Shown one piece after another: positions 36,392-51,932 of a stretch of 64,000 nucleotides of DNA (its first letter is position 1; every line of letters starts with the position of its first letter). Both the position numbers and the translations under genes were made by a program. This DNA comes from Spizellomyces punctatus DAOM BR117 (lineage: Eukaryota), in NCBI GenBank assembly GCA_000182565.2, contig KQ257457.1, one strand, 5' to 3'. The notes under the pieces were generated by a model that did not search any database, had not been told where the DNA came from, and was given only the letters and a program-made list of their open reading frames with translations.

Positions 36392-38540
36392 TTATACTGC
36401 ATCTCCAGTCACAGGGGTATCATTCAAATTGACCGCCTCCATCATGACGTCCTCGCTCCGGTTACTTTTCAATAATTCAATCTTATCCGAATCCCTGTTG
36501 TCGTCCTGGTCCTTGCCCTTGCCCTTCATGCTGATCGCAGAAGGTTGACGCGACGTTCGCTTGGACGCGGCTCGTTGCGCCTCGATTTGGGCAAGAGTTT
36601 GAACGCTGTGGTCGCTGAGCGTTGTAAAGTGGGGCCGAATGTATCTGATGGAAAATGACTCTAATCAGATAGTGTACGACACATGATGGAGAGTCTGGTC
36701 ATAATACGTACTTTGCATCGAACTGGTAAAGCCAAGCAAACACAACATTCTTCTTTGAGCCTGCCTCGATGGCCTGAGCCTCCTCATCGACTTCTGCACC
36801 TTCCGTCTCTACCATTCCATATCCCTGACTGGGAGTTCCCGCCTCCTTCTGAGCCTCACTTGGAGGCTTAACCGTCGTGGGATGCCCAGCATGGCCTTCC
36901 TCCGGTTCGCTCGGGACAAGACCAAGCCATCGAAGCATGTACGGAGTCAAACCGCCTAAAACCAGGACAGTCAACACGACCACCATGACGGTTGTGCCAA
37001 AGATTTGGCCCTTGACTGTCTCGTCAAATACAGGGTGTTCAAGGAACGTGACGCCTAGAGCGAAGGCTACCGCACCACGAAGACCGGAAAACCAGATCAG
37101 AACTTGCTGGTTGAAGGGAACAGCATCTTCTTTGTTGCGTGCCAAGTTTCGGAAACCAAGAAAAACAAAGACGTGGGTCCGGGAGATGAGAATGGAGATC
37201 TGAAAGTACATAATGAGTGGTGATCTTTTGTCAAGCAGAGACCAGATATTTTTTGCTTACACAGGCGAATAGAACAAACATTGGGCTGTACGTGGTCTTG
37301 CCTCCAAAAGACAGGAGCCCAAGTCCAAGATACAGGAAAATGAAGCACTCGCACATAAATCCAATCATTCGCAATGTGGACTAGACGATAAGAAACCAAA
37401 ATAGTTCTTGTCAAGTACTATATTTGCGACCAAGATGAAAACCAATTCGACCAACCTTTAAAGAAGTCGCCGTACTAGGAGCAAGATTGTTATAAGCATA
37501 ATGCGCCATCGTGATTCCCGTAAAGAATACGCTAATGATTCCGGTCAAAGACAACAAATCCGCCAAGAGGTAACTCGAGTAAGCAAAAATGAGGACCATC
37601 GTCATCTCATACGTGCCAGCTTCTTTATCATCTACTTTGACATGCTTTGTGATTTTGGCCAAAGCTAATCCGAAAAAGATCCCCACGAGTGAACTTCCCA
37701 GGAAGACACCGGCACTCGCCAACACTGCCAAAATAAACGTTCCAACTCCAAGTCTCATGTGAGGGTCCGCCAGGCTTGTAAAGAAGCGGTACAGAATAAT
37801 CGATACGGCATCGTTCAAAGCAGATTCACCAAAAATGATCATATACAGTCTTCGGTCCACGTTGGCCGGGAGAAGGGAAAGGACTGTTACCGGGTCCGTT
37901 GAGGAAATCAGCGATCCGAATACAAGGGACTCGATAAATGACCAGGGCGAGATAAGCTTGGAGAAAAAGTACATAAGGACAGATGTAACAAATGTGCTAT
38001 ACAGTGCTCCAAAGAATGCCAGGATGGTGATGGTAAGAATGTTTTGAAAGAAGGATACACGTTGAAGTGCAAAACCTCCCTTATGAAAAGATCAGAGTAA
38101 GAACCCTCTGCAATGCAAACACTACGACCAGCAGTTAACGGAATACCTCAAAAATAATGGGAGGCAAAAGCACCATGTAAAAAAACTTGCTCGACAGCTG
38201 AATCGCCTTGTTCTGCTCATCATACGAGATTGCTGTCCATCCCATCGCGACAACCAGACCTGCAGAACACAAACGTGTTAACTTGATGCGTTCTGGGAGA
38301 CCCAAGTAGAATCACGACCATCCAAACTAACTCACCTAGCAAGATATACACAGCCGTCTCTCCCAAATAGTGAAACTTTTTCTTATGCAGAAACACGTTG
38401 ATATTCATTGCAACGGCAATCAACGACAACATTAAAATAGCTCGAACAAAGAGCTGGTGCTGCTCTTCTTCCGCGGTTCCGCCATGGCTAATTCCGCTAG
38501 GCTGGCCGTCGGATTGAGGAGTGATTTCAACGTCGGCCAT
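36392..38540 (-). CDS. CPA1-family Na+/H+ exchanger (NHX1/NHE8-like)
   Basis: FGSLISSTDPVTVL, IIFGESALNDAVSIIL, LTGIISVFFTG and WFSGLRGAVAFAL motifs. Multiple introns. Confidence 0.93.
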
Positions 38541-39318
38541 TGCAGATGCCTCTGGGCTTTCAAATGAACCTCGTTATAAAAAAGAAAATGAACGGCAATG
38601 GCAGAAGAAAAGAAAAAGACAAGATTTGGAAAATAGAGCTGCTACTAAATACTCCTGCTCCCCCCGCTTTTTTGCTCGGATAAGCTGGTCGGAGTCGTAA
38701 GCAACAAAAACAGATAAATCCAAAAAGCCTATGGAAATAGTTTCTGATCTAAAGTCACGCTTCGCCCGACCAGAGCCCAGGTAATAAACTATCGAGACTT
38801 GCAAACCGGATATAGCTGGCCAGCTTTTATACATCCCAAACCCGAAAACACTTTTAAATACCACATCCACTTTTCGAATACTTTATGACCTCATGGTAAT
38901 CCATGCACATCAAACCAATATTCGAGTGCATGGAACAACCATCGAAGGAAACATGCAAACTCCAGAAACTCCAATGGGGATCCGATTTACTCACAAAATG
39001 CCCAACGATATTTTTGGTAACGCCCTGAAAAATGCTGAGTGGCCATTTTTTGTTTTCGAAAGTTTTTTCATATTTAATTGTCAATCCATAGAGCGTTCAT
39101 TCGACAATACGGTGTTTAGCAACTGTATTGGTCAGCTTCTTGCAGGTGCAAATGATGGAGTGAAGGCAGTGCTGAATTTCAAGTGGTTTGCACAGTTTAC
39201 TACCACGATTTTGAACGGATTTCTATCCTTTCCAAATTCCCCGGACACCGTTTCGCTACTTCAAACTCATCCACAACAAGAGCATCACATTGACGATATC
39301 CAAACGACGAGAGGACAC

Positions 39319-41835
<2,517 letters not shown>

Positions 41836-42126
41836 GACCTTGAGTATCAAGGTTAAAAAAAAAACCGGTGAAAGAGAATTCATAGGTCGTGGTGTTGGTT
41901 TTTTTTTTTCCTGTATATAGTTCCTTTTTGGAATTGGTTTTTCAACTAGACATTCTTCGCACGTCTTTTTGGGTTTAGTTGATCAACTTTTTTTTTTTTT
42001 TTCGATCGTGCTAATAATATAAATCTTTTGACCTTGACTTGCAAAAAACCGCAACTTGGCAAACTGTATTGACGCATTTATTTTGCCAAATAAAACATTA
42101 AATATGCAGGCCTACAAACCGAAATA

Positions 42127-43250
42127 TCACACATTCTTCTTTTCCTCTCCTTCAGTCGCATCCACCTTGACGCCATACAATTCCAAAACCCTCGCCTCTA
42201 CACCCATAAGCGCCCACTCGTGCTGAGCCAGTTCCAGAAACTCCTTCTCGCTCTTGAACATGTTGGCCACTTCGCCGGGCTGCTGCATAGGTTGTTGCGC
42301 ACCCATCCCAGGCATACCCATCATTTGCATTTGGTTCATATCTTGCAGGCCGCCCGCGGCTAAACGTTAAAATGTTCAAATTAGCAAACAAAAGCAAAAC
42401 GTATCTTCTCAAGAAAGGTAAAGACAAACCATTGTCTTCCCCGAGAATCAACGTAAATATGCTACGTAATCCAAACAAGTTTAGAAAGTACCACGATAAA
42501 CTGGACACCCATGTCACGTCCATGTCTGCCGTCTCAATGCCGCGTTGCAGCATCGCCTTGAACCGAAGCGTAAGGGGGAACGGAAGCTTGACTACATTAA
42601 AAGAAACCACGTCAGTCGTCCATCACTCGATGCAACCCGTCCACGATCCCGCAAAAACACCACAAAAAAAACCTACTCAAAACAAAACCAGAAAAGAAAA
42701 AGGTAATCCAACTCATAATAAGAGTCTGCGGAACAATCATGGCCATATTCTTCTTCATCATATCCATCATGGCTTCCATACCCGCTGGATCCGTCATAGG
42801 GTTCGCAGGACCCGAATTCGCCGCCTGCGGGTTCTTGAGGTACGACCCAGCTTCAAAGGCAGATGCAAGGTATGTTCTTCGGCAAGCAAAGGCGGGAAAG
42901 GGGAGAATGAAACCCGCTGGGCTGCGAAGTGTTCGGGCGCGCAAGAGTGCCGCACTATCCAGTATTTGTTTAAGCATTGGACAAATGGTTAGATGGGTTG
43001 GAGAAGAACAACAACCAACCTCTCTCTCATCCCCTTCAAATTTCCCTTTGGCGTTGAATTCAGCAGTTGTGTTGCATGATGTCTTAGTACCCCAACAAGA
43101 ACCATGACCAACATGATTGGTATGAGGACCCAATCTCGAATGGCCGGGTCGAGAAAGATTTGCTGTCTAAACAATTGTAGAATTTCTCGTCAAACTACAG
43201 AGAGGGTTTAAACGCTTGACTAGCAAGTCTACTCACGCATCTTGACCCAT
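42127..43250 (-). CDS. EMC3: ER membrane protein complex subunit 3
   Basis: [55 protein letters not shown]. Confidence 0.95.
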
Positions 43251-43489
43251 GCTTTTTCGGGCGGCTTATTTGCTCCTTTGTAGATGGCCCTAACGCGACT
43301 CTACGGTCGCAGGTCAACACCTCACAGTTGTTGGCATAGCAACTCGTTGCATCTCGCCTTGCTAGTAAAACGCTTCTGTATCGAAAAATACAAGAAAACC
43401 AGGCACGCAGTATTACAGTAATATCACATTTACAAAATAAAATCATCAGAATAATGTCACATTGCATCTATATCTAACAAAAAAAGTCC

Positions 43490-45089
43490 TCAGCGACTTG
43501 CCATGGTCTCACTGGTGCTGCCTTGTGTGACAAGAAAGCCCAACAAGTCTACCTTTGTCACCACATGCCGTACCGACAGATACCCCTTGGAAGCGTCAGT
43601 AACAACAGCGGCGGAATGAGCCTCAAAAAACTTTGAAAGCTTTTCAAGTGGTGTATCGACGGTGATTTCTGTAAACTTTTTGTTCTTGTCAAATCGGAAT
43701 ATGGCGCGGTTTATTGTATCGTCCAATCCTGCCCGACCGCTAGCCACCTTGGCGAGCAAGTTTCCTAGGGTGACGAGCCCTACAAGGCGCGTAGAGGTGG
43801 ACGATGTCACAGGGAGCTGGTCAAAGCCGCGGGATTGCATAATTTCGGCAGCTTCCCTGCACGTTATGTTCTCGGGGACCGTAACAGCAACAGGCAATTG
43901 AAGGTCCTTTATGGTAGCGCCACCCCACTGTGATACACGGTCGGCTTCAATCTTTTCAGTCTGAGCGTCAATGAATCCGTTGGACTTCATCCAATCTTCA
44001 TTGAGGTGCTTGCTCATGTAGTTTCGGATGGAATCAGCCAAAAGAACAACGCAGCGTTGACCGGGTTTGAGGGATTTAGCCGCCTTGATTGCACCCACAA
44101 CCGCAGCCCCAGATGATCCTCCACAGAGGAGACCTTCCTCGCGAATGAGTCGCCGGGCCATGAGGAATGACTCTTTGTCATCGGTTTTGATCCACTCGTC
44201 GACATATTGCCTGTCCAAAACCTCGGGAACAAAGTCGTACCCAATACCCTCGACTTGGTATGAATGAATGCCTTCGTTGTTCAAAGTCTCGGGTTGGGCA
44301 AGAATCGATCCGTTGGGATCAATTCCTACCACTTTTACGTTGGGGTACTTTTCTTTGAGCTTCTTGGCCACACCTGCAATCGTTCCACCGGTTCCAGCGC
44401 TCGCGACAAACATGTCAATCTTGCCATCACATTGTGCAATGATCTCTTCTGCTGTTCCATCATAGTGCGCCATCGGATTGTTCACATTGGAATATTGGTC
44501 TGGAATGAGTGACTCTTTGATTTCACTGTTGAGCCGCTTTGCAACCCCTATATGTGAGTCCGGAGCGTCCCATGCGGCTTCCGTGGGTGTTCGAATAATT
44601 TCCGCCCCGAGTGCCTTGAGGACATCAACCTTTTCTTGAGACATTTTCTCTGGAAGGGTGATAATGGCGCGGTATCCTTTGACAGCAGCAGCAAGGGCAA
44701 GACCAATGCCAGTATTGCCGGAAGTTGGCTCGATGAGAGTATAGCCAGGCTTAAGAAACCATGGGTGTAAGCTACGGGATATGAGGTACATTGGACTCTA
44801 AAGCTTTGTACCTTGAGGGTGCCGTCCTTTTCCGCCGCTTCAACCATACGCTTTGCAATTCGGTCCTTTACGGAACCACCGGCATTGAAGAACTCGCATT
44901 TTGCAACTAGAGTTGAAAAGGTCAGCATGTGTTTCCAGTAGACCTGGAAAACATGATAAATATACCTAGTTCGCATTCGAGTGCAGCATCCTTTGACACT
45001 CTGTTCAAACGAACCATTGGCGTTCCGCCAATATGCTCGAGGATATTGTCAAGGATCCTGCAACGGTCAAAGGTGGTTGCGCTCATCAT
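43490..45089 (-). CDS. CYS4: Cystathionine beta-synthase
   Basis: [41 protein letters not shown] and a C-terminal CBS domain pair. Two introns. Confidence 0.96.
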
Positions 45090-45254
45090 CTTGTTCGAGT
45101 AGTGGAATGGGACAAATGGTGATCTCGACAGTGTGGGGTCAAAACTCGTCGGATTTTTTATAAAGTCGTGGCGTCTCCCCAAAAGTTTGCAGACGTGGGT
45201 TGTAAATGATTTCCCCCCCAGAGCCCCGTCACGCCAGCCAGTTTTGGGGGCAGA

Positions 45255-46010
45255 ATGGACACTGCTGACACTCTCCAACCAGCGACGGGTGGTACCAATT
45301 CATTCCCATCAGAGGCAAATGTGATTGCCCCAGCGAAACGCAAGGTCAAAATCCCGCCCATAACGGCTCCTCCCTCCACTCACTCTGAGATCAACACCTA
45401 TGACTGGCGCTATGACCCCGACATGTCCTTTGACGACAATTACATTGACCTGGCCTGTCTCGTTGCACGAAACAGTCTTTCGCAAAAGGGACATATGGGC
45501 GCCGTTCTCATTGAACCTCCCTCCACATTGAACACAGCGTCCAATATCCTTTTGCTAGCAACAAACGTTCCAGTCTATCCACCACCACCTTCAAAGAATA
45601 TGAAAGCGAGCGCAGAAATCCACGCCGAGGCCAATGCAGTCTCATCGTGCGCTCGACAAGGGATCAAGACAAGCGGAGCATGGGCCTACATAACATTTCC
45701 ACCCTGCAAAGAATGCTTTATGCTGCTCGTGTACGCAGGGATCAAACGAATTGTATTTAGACGCAAAGTGGTGGCGGAGGGCATGTGGGATGTTGCAAAG
45801 GCGTGGGGTGTCGAGCTAGTAGAGCGCCGAGATATGGAACAAGATGCCAATGGAGCTGAAAGGTGTCGAGAATGGGTTCGGATGTGGGAGGAGAAGCGTG
45901 GCGAGCCAGACGGTATAGATGCAGCAGCGGCCATCCCCTCCAAGCGAAAGATTGAGAGTGTTGACAATAGCCAGGTGATGCCAATAAATGTTACAAATGG
46001 TGCAGCCTGA
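45255..46010 (+). CDS. Cytidine/dCMP deaminase-family zinc protein
   Basis: IHAEANAV and YITFPPCKEC zinc-binding motifs, GIKRIVF. Intronless. Confidence 0.85.
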   Translation: MDTADTLQPATGGTNSFPSEANVIAPAKRKVKIPPITAPPSTHSEINTYDWRYDPDMSFDDNYIDLACLVARNSLSQKGHMGAVLIEPPSTLNTASNILLLATNVPVYPPPPSKNMKASAEIHAEANAVSSCARQGIKTSGAWAYITFPPCKECFMLLVYAGIKRIVFRRKVVAEGMWDVAKAWGVELVERRDMEQDANGAERCREWVRMWEEKRGEPDGIDAAAAIPSKRKIESVDNSQVMPINVTNGAA

Positions 46011-46125
46011 AAATATCTTTTTTTGCCGTTCTCCTAAAGAACGTGTGGAAAGATGTGAAGGCTCTTCAGTTTGGACTAGAATGGCTAAAACGTCGACAAT
46101 ACTGTTTACCCCTTGAATTTCCGTA

Positions 46126-46198
46126 GCCCGGTTAGCTCAATCGGTAGAGCGTGAGGCTCTTAACCTCAAGGTTGCGGGTTCGACCCCCGCATCGGGCT
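46126..46198 (+). tRNA. tRNA-Lys(CTT)
   Basis: Identical to the other two copies. T6 at 46222-46227. Confidence 0.97.
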
Positions 46199-46345
46199 GT
46201 CGATCATGTCGCTGAATACACTTTTTTGCAAACTGCAGCCCTGTTGTGTGATTTGACGGCAAAACTATTTCTTGTTCCCTCCCTTAGAATTTGTTATTAG
46301 GGCTCCAAGCGTCTGCTGACTGTCTATTTTTTATTCAATCCTTTT

Positions 46346-46386
46346 ATGCCACGTTGTGAAATGCCACGTTGTGAAATGCCACGTTG
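46346..46386. repeat. 15-bp tandem repeat x ~2.7 (ATGCCACGTTGTGAA)
   Basis: Direct reading: units at 46346, 46361 and 46376. Confidence 0.9.
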
Positions 46387-47058
46387 CAACTTTTGCAAAA
46401 GAATGCCTTATTGACTACAAACTATCCATATAAACACACATGAAGCTTGTAAGAGAGAGAGAGAGAGAGGGAATTCCCCCCTATTAGAAATAAACTAATT
46501 CTCTCTCTCTCTAATAATACAAACTGCTCTCTCATTCAATGTAGGAATTCCCCCAAGAGTCATTCCAAAACAATCCCGGAATCTCCCGTTATTTCTTACG
46601 CGTTTTTTTCTTACAAGAGATTTTATTATAGCTGTCACATAAAAGTTTGTAGACGGCTGCACACTTTAACCTCCAAGCCTCACTGCCGCCCATCGTTGTC
46701 GTCGTCGTCGTTTTTGTTTCTTGTGGATTTACTACACTTTTACAACTGTCAAGTAACTACCTACGCACCCTTTTTTTTTTTATATCAAGCCCTTTTATAC
46801 GACGCGCTTTCAAAGAGTGTTTGTCTCTCTTCCATAAAAGTTCCTCACAAATGCATAGAGTCTTTCAAGGACTACGGCCCATCTTTGGTGTAGGGCACTT
46901 TAATCCCACTGCTGATGGAGTATCAAAGGCAAGTCTCTTTATAAACAATCAAAGGAGGTTTGGCAAAGGGGGCTGCACGCGTGATATGGGGGGAAATAGC
47001 AGTCAGTTCCTGCCTTTTGAGTAGCGTTGGACATTGGGTACACTTTTTCTGACTGGGA

Positions 47059-48705
47059 ATGATTGCCACTCTCCTCCAGGCTGCGGCATTCTTGGGCGGA
47101 CTCGGAGGGAACTCTGACGAACCCATTCACGATCCGTTCCTAGGAACAGATATCCAGACCGTCCATCCTCCTCGCCTGCACGCTTCCCAACCACAGCAAC
47201 AACAACAACCTCAACAACAACAAGCACCACACCAGCATCTATACCAATCACATTTAGCTCCATGCAGTTCGTTGGAAACTAGCGCTCCTTTGGTGGCCCC
47301 GTCCGCCGAGGCCGTCACAGTTCAACCAGCACTCTTGGACACGCTCCCCACCGTCTCTTTCCTACAACCACCCGCACGCGCGCACCCGCCAACACCGATA
47401 TCCACACTATTAGCTTTTAGAAAGCAGATAAAGAATGACACGGCCGTAGAAGAGAATCTCTTGGATCCTGTCGCTGTGGTGGATTTTGCCCAGGAATTGA
47501 CAGTGCCTGGTGTGGAAGGATTGGATAGCACGTCGCAGATGACTTGTAGTATAGATTTTGAGGTACGTGGTCCTACGGATTCCCGGCGTGCCGTATTTCC
47601 CACCAGAACGACCTATTGACTTTTTTCGTGTNNNNNNNNNNNNNNNNNNNNNNNNNNNNNNNNNNNNNNNNNNNNNNNNNNNNNNNNNNNNNNNNNNNNN
47701 NNNNNNNNNNNNNNNNNNNNNNNNNNNNNNNNNNNNNNNNNNNNNNNNNNNNNNNNNNNNNNNNNNNNNNNNNNNNNNNNNNNNNNNNNNNNNNNNNNNN
47801 NNNNNNNNNNNNNNNNNNNNNNNNNNNNNNNNNNNNNNNNNNNNNNNNNNNNNNNNNNNNNNNNNNNNNNNNNNNNNNNNNNNNNNNNNNNNNNNNNNNN
47901 NNNNNNNNNNNNNNNNNNNNNNNNNNNNNNNNNNNNNNNNNNNNNNNNNNNNNNNNNNNNNNNNNNNNNNNNNNNNNNNNNNNNNNNNNNNNNNNNNNNN
48001 NNNNNNNNNNNNNNNNNNNNNNNNNNNNNNNNNNNNNNNNNNNNNNNNNNNNNNNNNNNNNNNNNNNNNNNNNNNNNNNNNNNNNNNNNNNNNNNNNNNN
48101 NNNNNNNNNNNNNNNNNNNNNNNNNNNNNNNNNNNNNNNNNNNNNNNNNNNNNNNNNNNNNNNNNNNNNNNNNNNNNNNNNNNNNNNNNNNNNNNNNNNN
48201 NNNNNNNNNNNNNNNNNNNNNNNNNNNNNNNNNNNNNTTGACTGCTGAGATTGGAACGCAGTTGATGCGCTTGCAGCGAATATGATGGGGACGGACGGAG
48301 CGCTGTCCGAGACGTTGTTCAGGCCGTGACGGCCTTGTCGATGCTGTTACCGGGAAACGGTAGCCTCATGGGTATGTGTTGTGTTTACGCACAAGAAGAT
48401 TCTAGTCAAATGTTGATCCAGTTGTGTGTTGAACAGCAGGAGACGGTGCGATGACGCAGCAAGCAACCGACATGTCTGCGATTTCTCCAGACCAAAACGC
48501 CACGGCTGCTGCGGTCGCTGCTGCTGCCGCCGCCCTGGTTGCTGGATTCAACGAAACGGCCATGCAGCAGAGTACGGACGCCATGATGACGCAGGACAAT
48601 GAAGCGCAGATGATGGATATTGGGAAAGGTAGCGTATTTGGCGTACGATCCTTCTTGGTAGCATACGTTCCAACCGACTTTATACAACAGGAGACGATAG
48701 TCTAA
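47059..48705 (+). CDS. Hypothetical Q/A-rich protein spanning the assembly gap
   Basis: Exon 47059-~47562 (poly-Q, donor GTACGT). After the gap, exons ~48277-48371 and ~48436-48628, and a short last exon ending at TAA 48705. Confidence 0.5.
47632..48237. other. Assembly gap (606 N)
   Basis: Run of N. Confidence 1.
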
Positions 48706-48880
48706 TGGGATCACCGCCACAGAGCATGCAACAAGTAGTGACGGCTTAGACAATTAGACAACAGCAGGGTGTGGACGATGATACAAAAGACTGACGAATG
48801 TCGTTGAGATTGCATAGTACAGTGACAGTGTCAGTGCAAAAGACACCACAAGGGGACTCTCCAAAATCATGCGAGTGCAG

Positions 48881-48905
48881 TATATATATATATATATATA
48901 TATAT
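48881..48905. repeat. (TA)n microsatellite
   Basis: Direct reading. Confidence 0.9.
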
Positions 48906-50586
48906 TCGAAGAATGAAAAGCTATTTTTATGTCTGTACAAGAGAGATGTGTGTAGAATCGCTCAAGGACCCAATCCAAACTTGAGCACTCCACCGGCCGT
49001 TAAAGCGTCCGCTACTGCCTGTTTGTCTTTTTCATCTTGTGTTGCAGAGGGTTTGTTGTCGTGACTGGCATTATGAGGTTGCGTGTGGGAGGGTTTGGAA
49101 GTTGTTGACGTGCTGGCTTGTTGACCAGTTTGTTGCTTGTTTTGAGCTGCATGCAGTGATTGTTTGGTATTCGAATCTTTTACTGCCATTGAAAGCCAAG
49201 TCTTACCTGATGTATTCGCCTTGTCCATTGTTTTTGTTTTTACAAGTGTTAAAACCAGTGGATTTCTCCCTTTATATCAACTGATACCCGCTTACATAAT
49301 GCGTGACATCATGTCAGGAGGTGTGACCCGTTGGGAGACCACGGACACAGAGGGAGTGTGATGTGGAAGTCCTTTTGCTTTTTTATTTATTGGATTTTGG
49401 TGAGTGACATTTTATGGGGTTTTGTGAGGATTGTTGGATCAGTGTCAAGATGTGATTGTTAAGGATTTTTCTTTTTTTGGGGGGTGTGTGAGGTTTGCTT
49501 TGTTGGATGATCATCAAAAAGGAGTTGAGTGGTTGGGTTGGTTGGTGGTTAGCAAGAGTGATTGACAGCAGCAACATCAGCAGCAATAGGAAAACAAAGC
49601 GAGTCACGCCTATTATTTCAACAGATGCCGACTGCGCAGGGGGAATCGATGTCGGTCAGCAAAAATGTGAGCTCAGCCCTCCAAATCCCCGGTGCTGCAA
49701 AAGGGGAAAATAGGGGGATAAATAGGTCGCTTTTGGGACAATGATCGTGGTCTCTTCTTTACTTTAAACTGTCCTTTTCTTGTGCGCGGCCACTAGATGT
49801 ACAGCTCAATTGTTTACCAACACACTTGTGTTGTCAGCAAGATAGGCCGTCTTTACAGGTTTGTTGTAAATTGCCATGTGACGGGTATTGATAAAAGTGA
49901 CGACGACGACGACGACGACGACGGGGAAAACACCAAAAACACAGCGCAAAAAAACGCAGACAGGAGTAAACTGGTACCCTTTTTTTGCGGAGGACTCGTA
50001 GGAGGGTTTAAACGCGTTCGGACACTCTAGTGTTCGCTTTTTTTTAAATTTGGGCATCAACAACCTTTTTGGAGCGACTTGCGCAAGTCATGGACAGTCC
50101 CCCCCTTCTCCAAAGGACTCTGCGGGTTTTGCGGAGGGGGGAACCTTGCAAGGAGCAGCCAAGAAAACAAACAACAACAACAACAGACAGGAGGAGGAAG
50201 AGATTTGGACTTTTTTGTGGGAGGGCGGTCGTCTCTCCTTTTTTCTTTTGTTTTTTGATTTGTGATTTGCCGCTTGGGCGGATGTTTGCGAGTTGAATGG
50301 ATTTCTTATAAGTTGGGTTTTCTGGAGGGGGAACTTGTTGCCCTTGACTTTCCCTTCTGTCGTATTCCTTACTGCTTCTCCTTGACAAAAAGTGTTCCTT
50401 TTTGACCCCCATTAACTGTTATTTTATGGAATTTTGACACTTTTCCCAAACTTTTGGTTTCTTCTTTTTTTGTTAAATGATCGATTGCATGCATCAGGAG
50501 CTTTCTGCGTTGCTCTTACATCTGTCAAAGTAAAACGATTTAAGGCACCTTTACTTTGTTTGCCGGTTTTCATTACAATTACAGAT

Positions 50587-51662
50587 ATGGTTGATCCGTA
50601 CTTTCCCCCACCACCTATTCCTCGTCCTTCTGCTGCCCCTCCAGCAGACGGTCCGGTTCCTTCCCCGTCACAGCACTCTTGTGCACACATGTATACCTTT
50701 CAGATACCCACCTGTAAGTCCCCCTTTTGTAGCAATGAAAACGGGTTCACTCTACATTTGACACTTTTAAACATGCCATAGATTATCCAGGACATCATCG
50801 ACCACCAGCGGACTACTCGACCGCTCACCCACTCTACCGCACCATCAACATGGCCGAAAAACGAGCCTACCACAATGCAACCGAACGAGCCCGACGAGAG
50901 AACCTCAACAGTCGATTCCAAGAACTCGCTCAATCCCTCCCGTCACTCGCCAATGTCCGGAAACCTTCCAAATCCGTCATTGTGAACCATTCTCTCAGTT
51001 TTGTCCAAGATGTCAAGAGGAGATTGGAGATCAAGGATCGTGCGCTCGAGACATTGAGAAACAGAAACGAAGGATTGCGAAACGAAGTGAATAGATTGAG
51101 AAGTCTGTTGGGTATACCCTCCTCCGCAGACCCACTTGAAGAATTGGACGAAGATTTACAGGATAAAGAAACGAGTGCTAGTGTATCCACTAATATCGTA
51201 TTACCCGGCGATACACTCCCCAAACCCAATAACCAAACTAAAATCAAACCCATCACCATCAAAACCGATACTTTTGAGCACGAAAGCGATAATGACGAAC
51301 CACCATCCGGAACGGATACACTTGATATGGAGATACCCTCACCCACCGATACATCCCTTCCATACCCACCCCCATCTCTTTTAGTCCCAGATTTATACCC
51401 AACGTATCCCCAACGTCCCATAGACCCCTTGATCATTCAAGAAGAATATACCACACGCGAAACACCTACACCACCCAACGGAACACCCATTCTCGGAACA
51501 CAACATCAAGAATATACAGAGCTTCCATTTCCTAGTATCCAGAAATGGGAGAATGAACATAATGGGGCTTTTGCTATGCGGAGAGCGTATTCGTTTGATG
51601 CGGCTTATTTACCTGGTATGCAGGCTGTCATGGGGTCCATGGCTACCCAAGAGAGGTTTTGA
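50587..51662 (+). CDS. bHLH-leucine zipper transcription factor (Max/Mlx-like)
   Basis: KRAYHNATERARRENLNSRFQEL..KPSKSVIV followed by a Leu heptad zipper. One intron ~50714-50781. Confidence 0.88.
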
Positions 51663-51932
51663 AGAGTTTTGGTTTTTGGGGGGGGGGGGGGGTAAAAAAA
51701 AAAGGGGGGGGGGTTTTGGAAAATTTGTATTTTTTCTTTTGTTTTTTGTACATGAAGGAGAAAAACGCTTTTGGTTATTTTTTTTTTTGTGGACTTTATG
51801 GGTATCGGTCGTATTTTGGACACTTTATGTTGGGGATTGCTACTTTTGTGTGGCTATCGGATTAAGATATAATTCTTGGGCGATAAATTACATTACGAAA
51901 TAATGTACAGTTGCAAAAAAAAAATAAAGGCT

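Noticed and set aside
46346-46386. Possible CRISPR-like array
   Set aside because: Head-to-tail 15-bp repeats with no spacers and no cas genes, in a eukaryotic context.
47558-48248. Long ORFs of X residues
   Set aside because: Artefacts of the N gap.
48750-50500. Many short ORFs or a degenerate transposon
   Set aside because: Low-complexity non-coding sequence with microsatellites and no terminal repeats or protein motifs found. Most likely UTR and promoter sequence.
51677-51713. Poly-G tracts as a functional G-quadruplex
   Set aside because: Simple homopolymers in a low-complexity 3' UTR with no further support.
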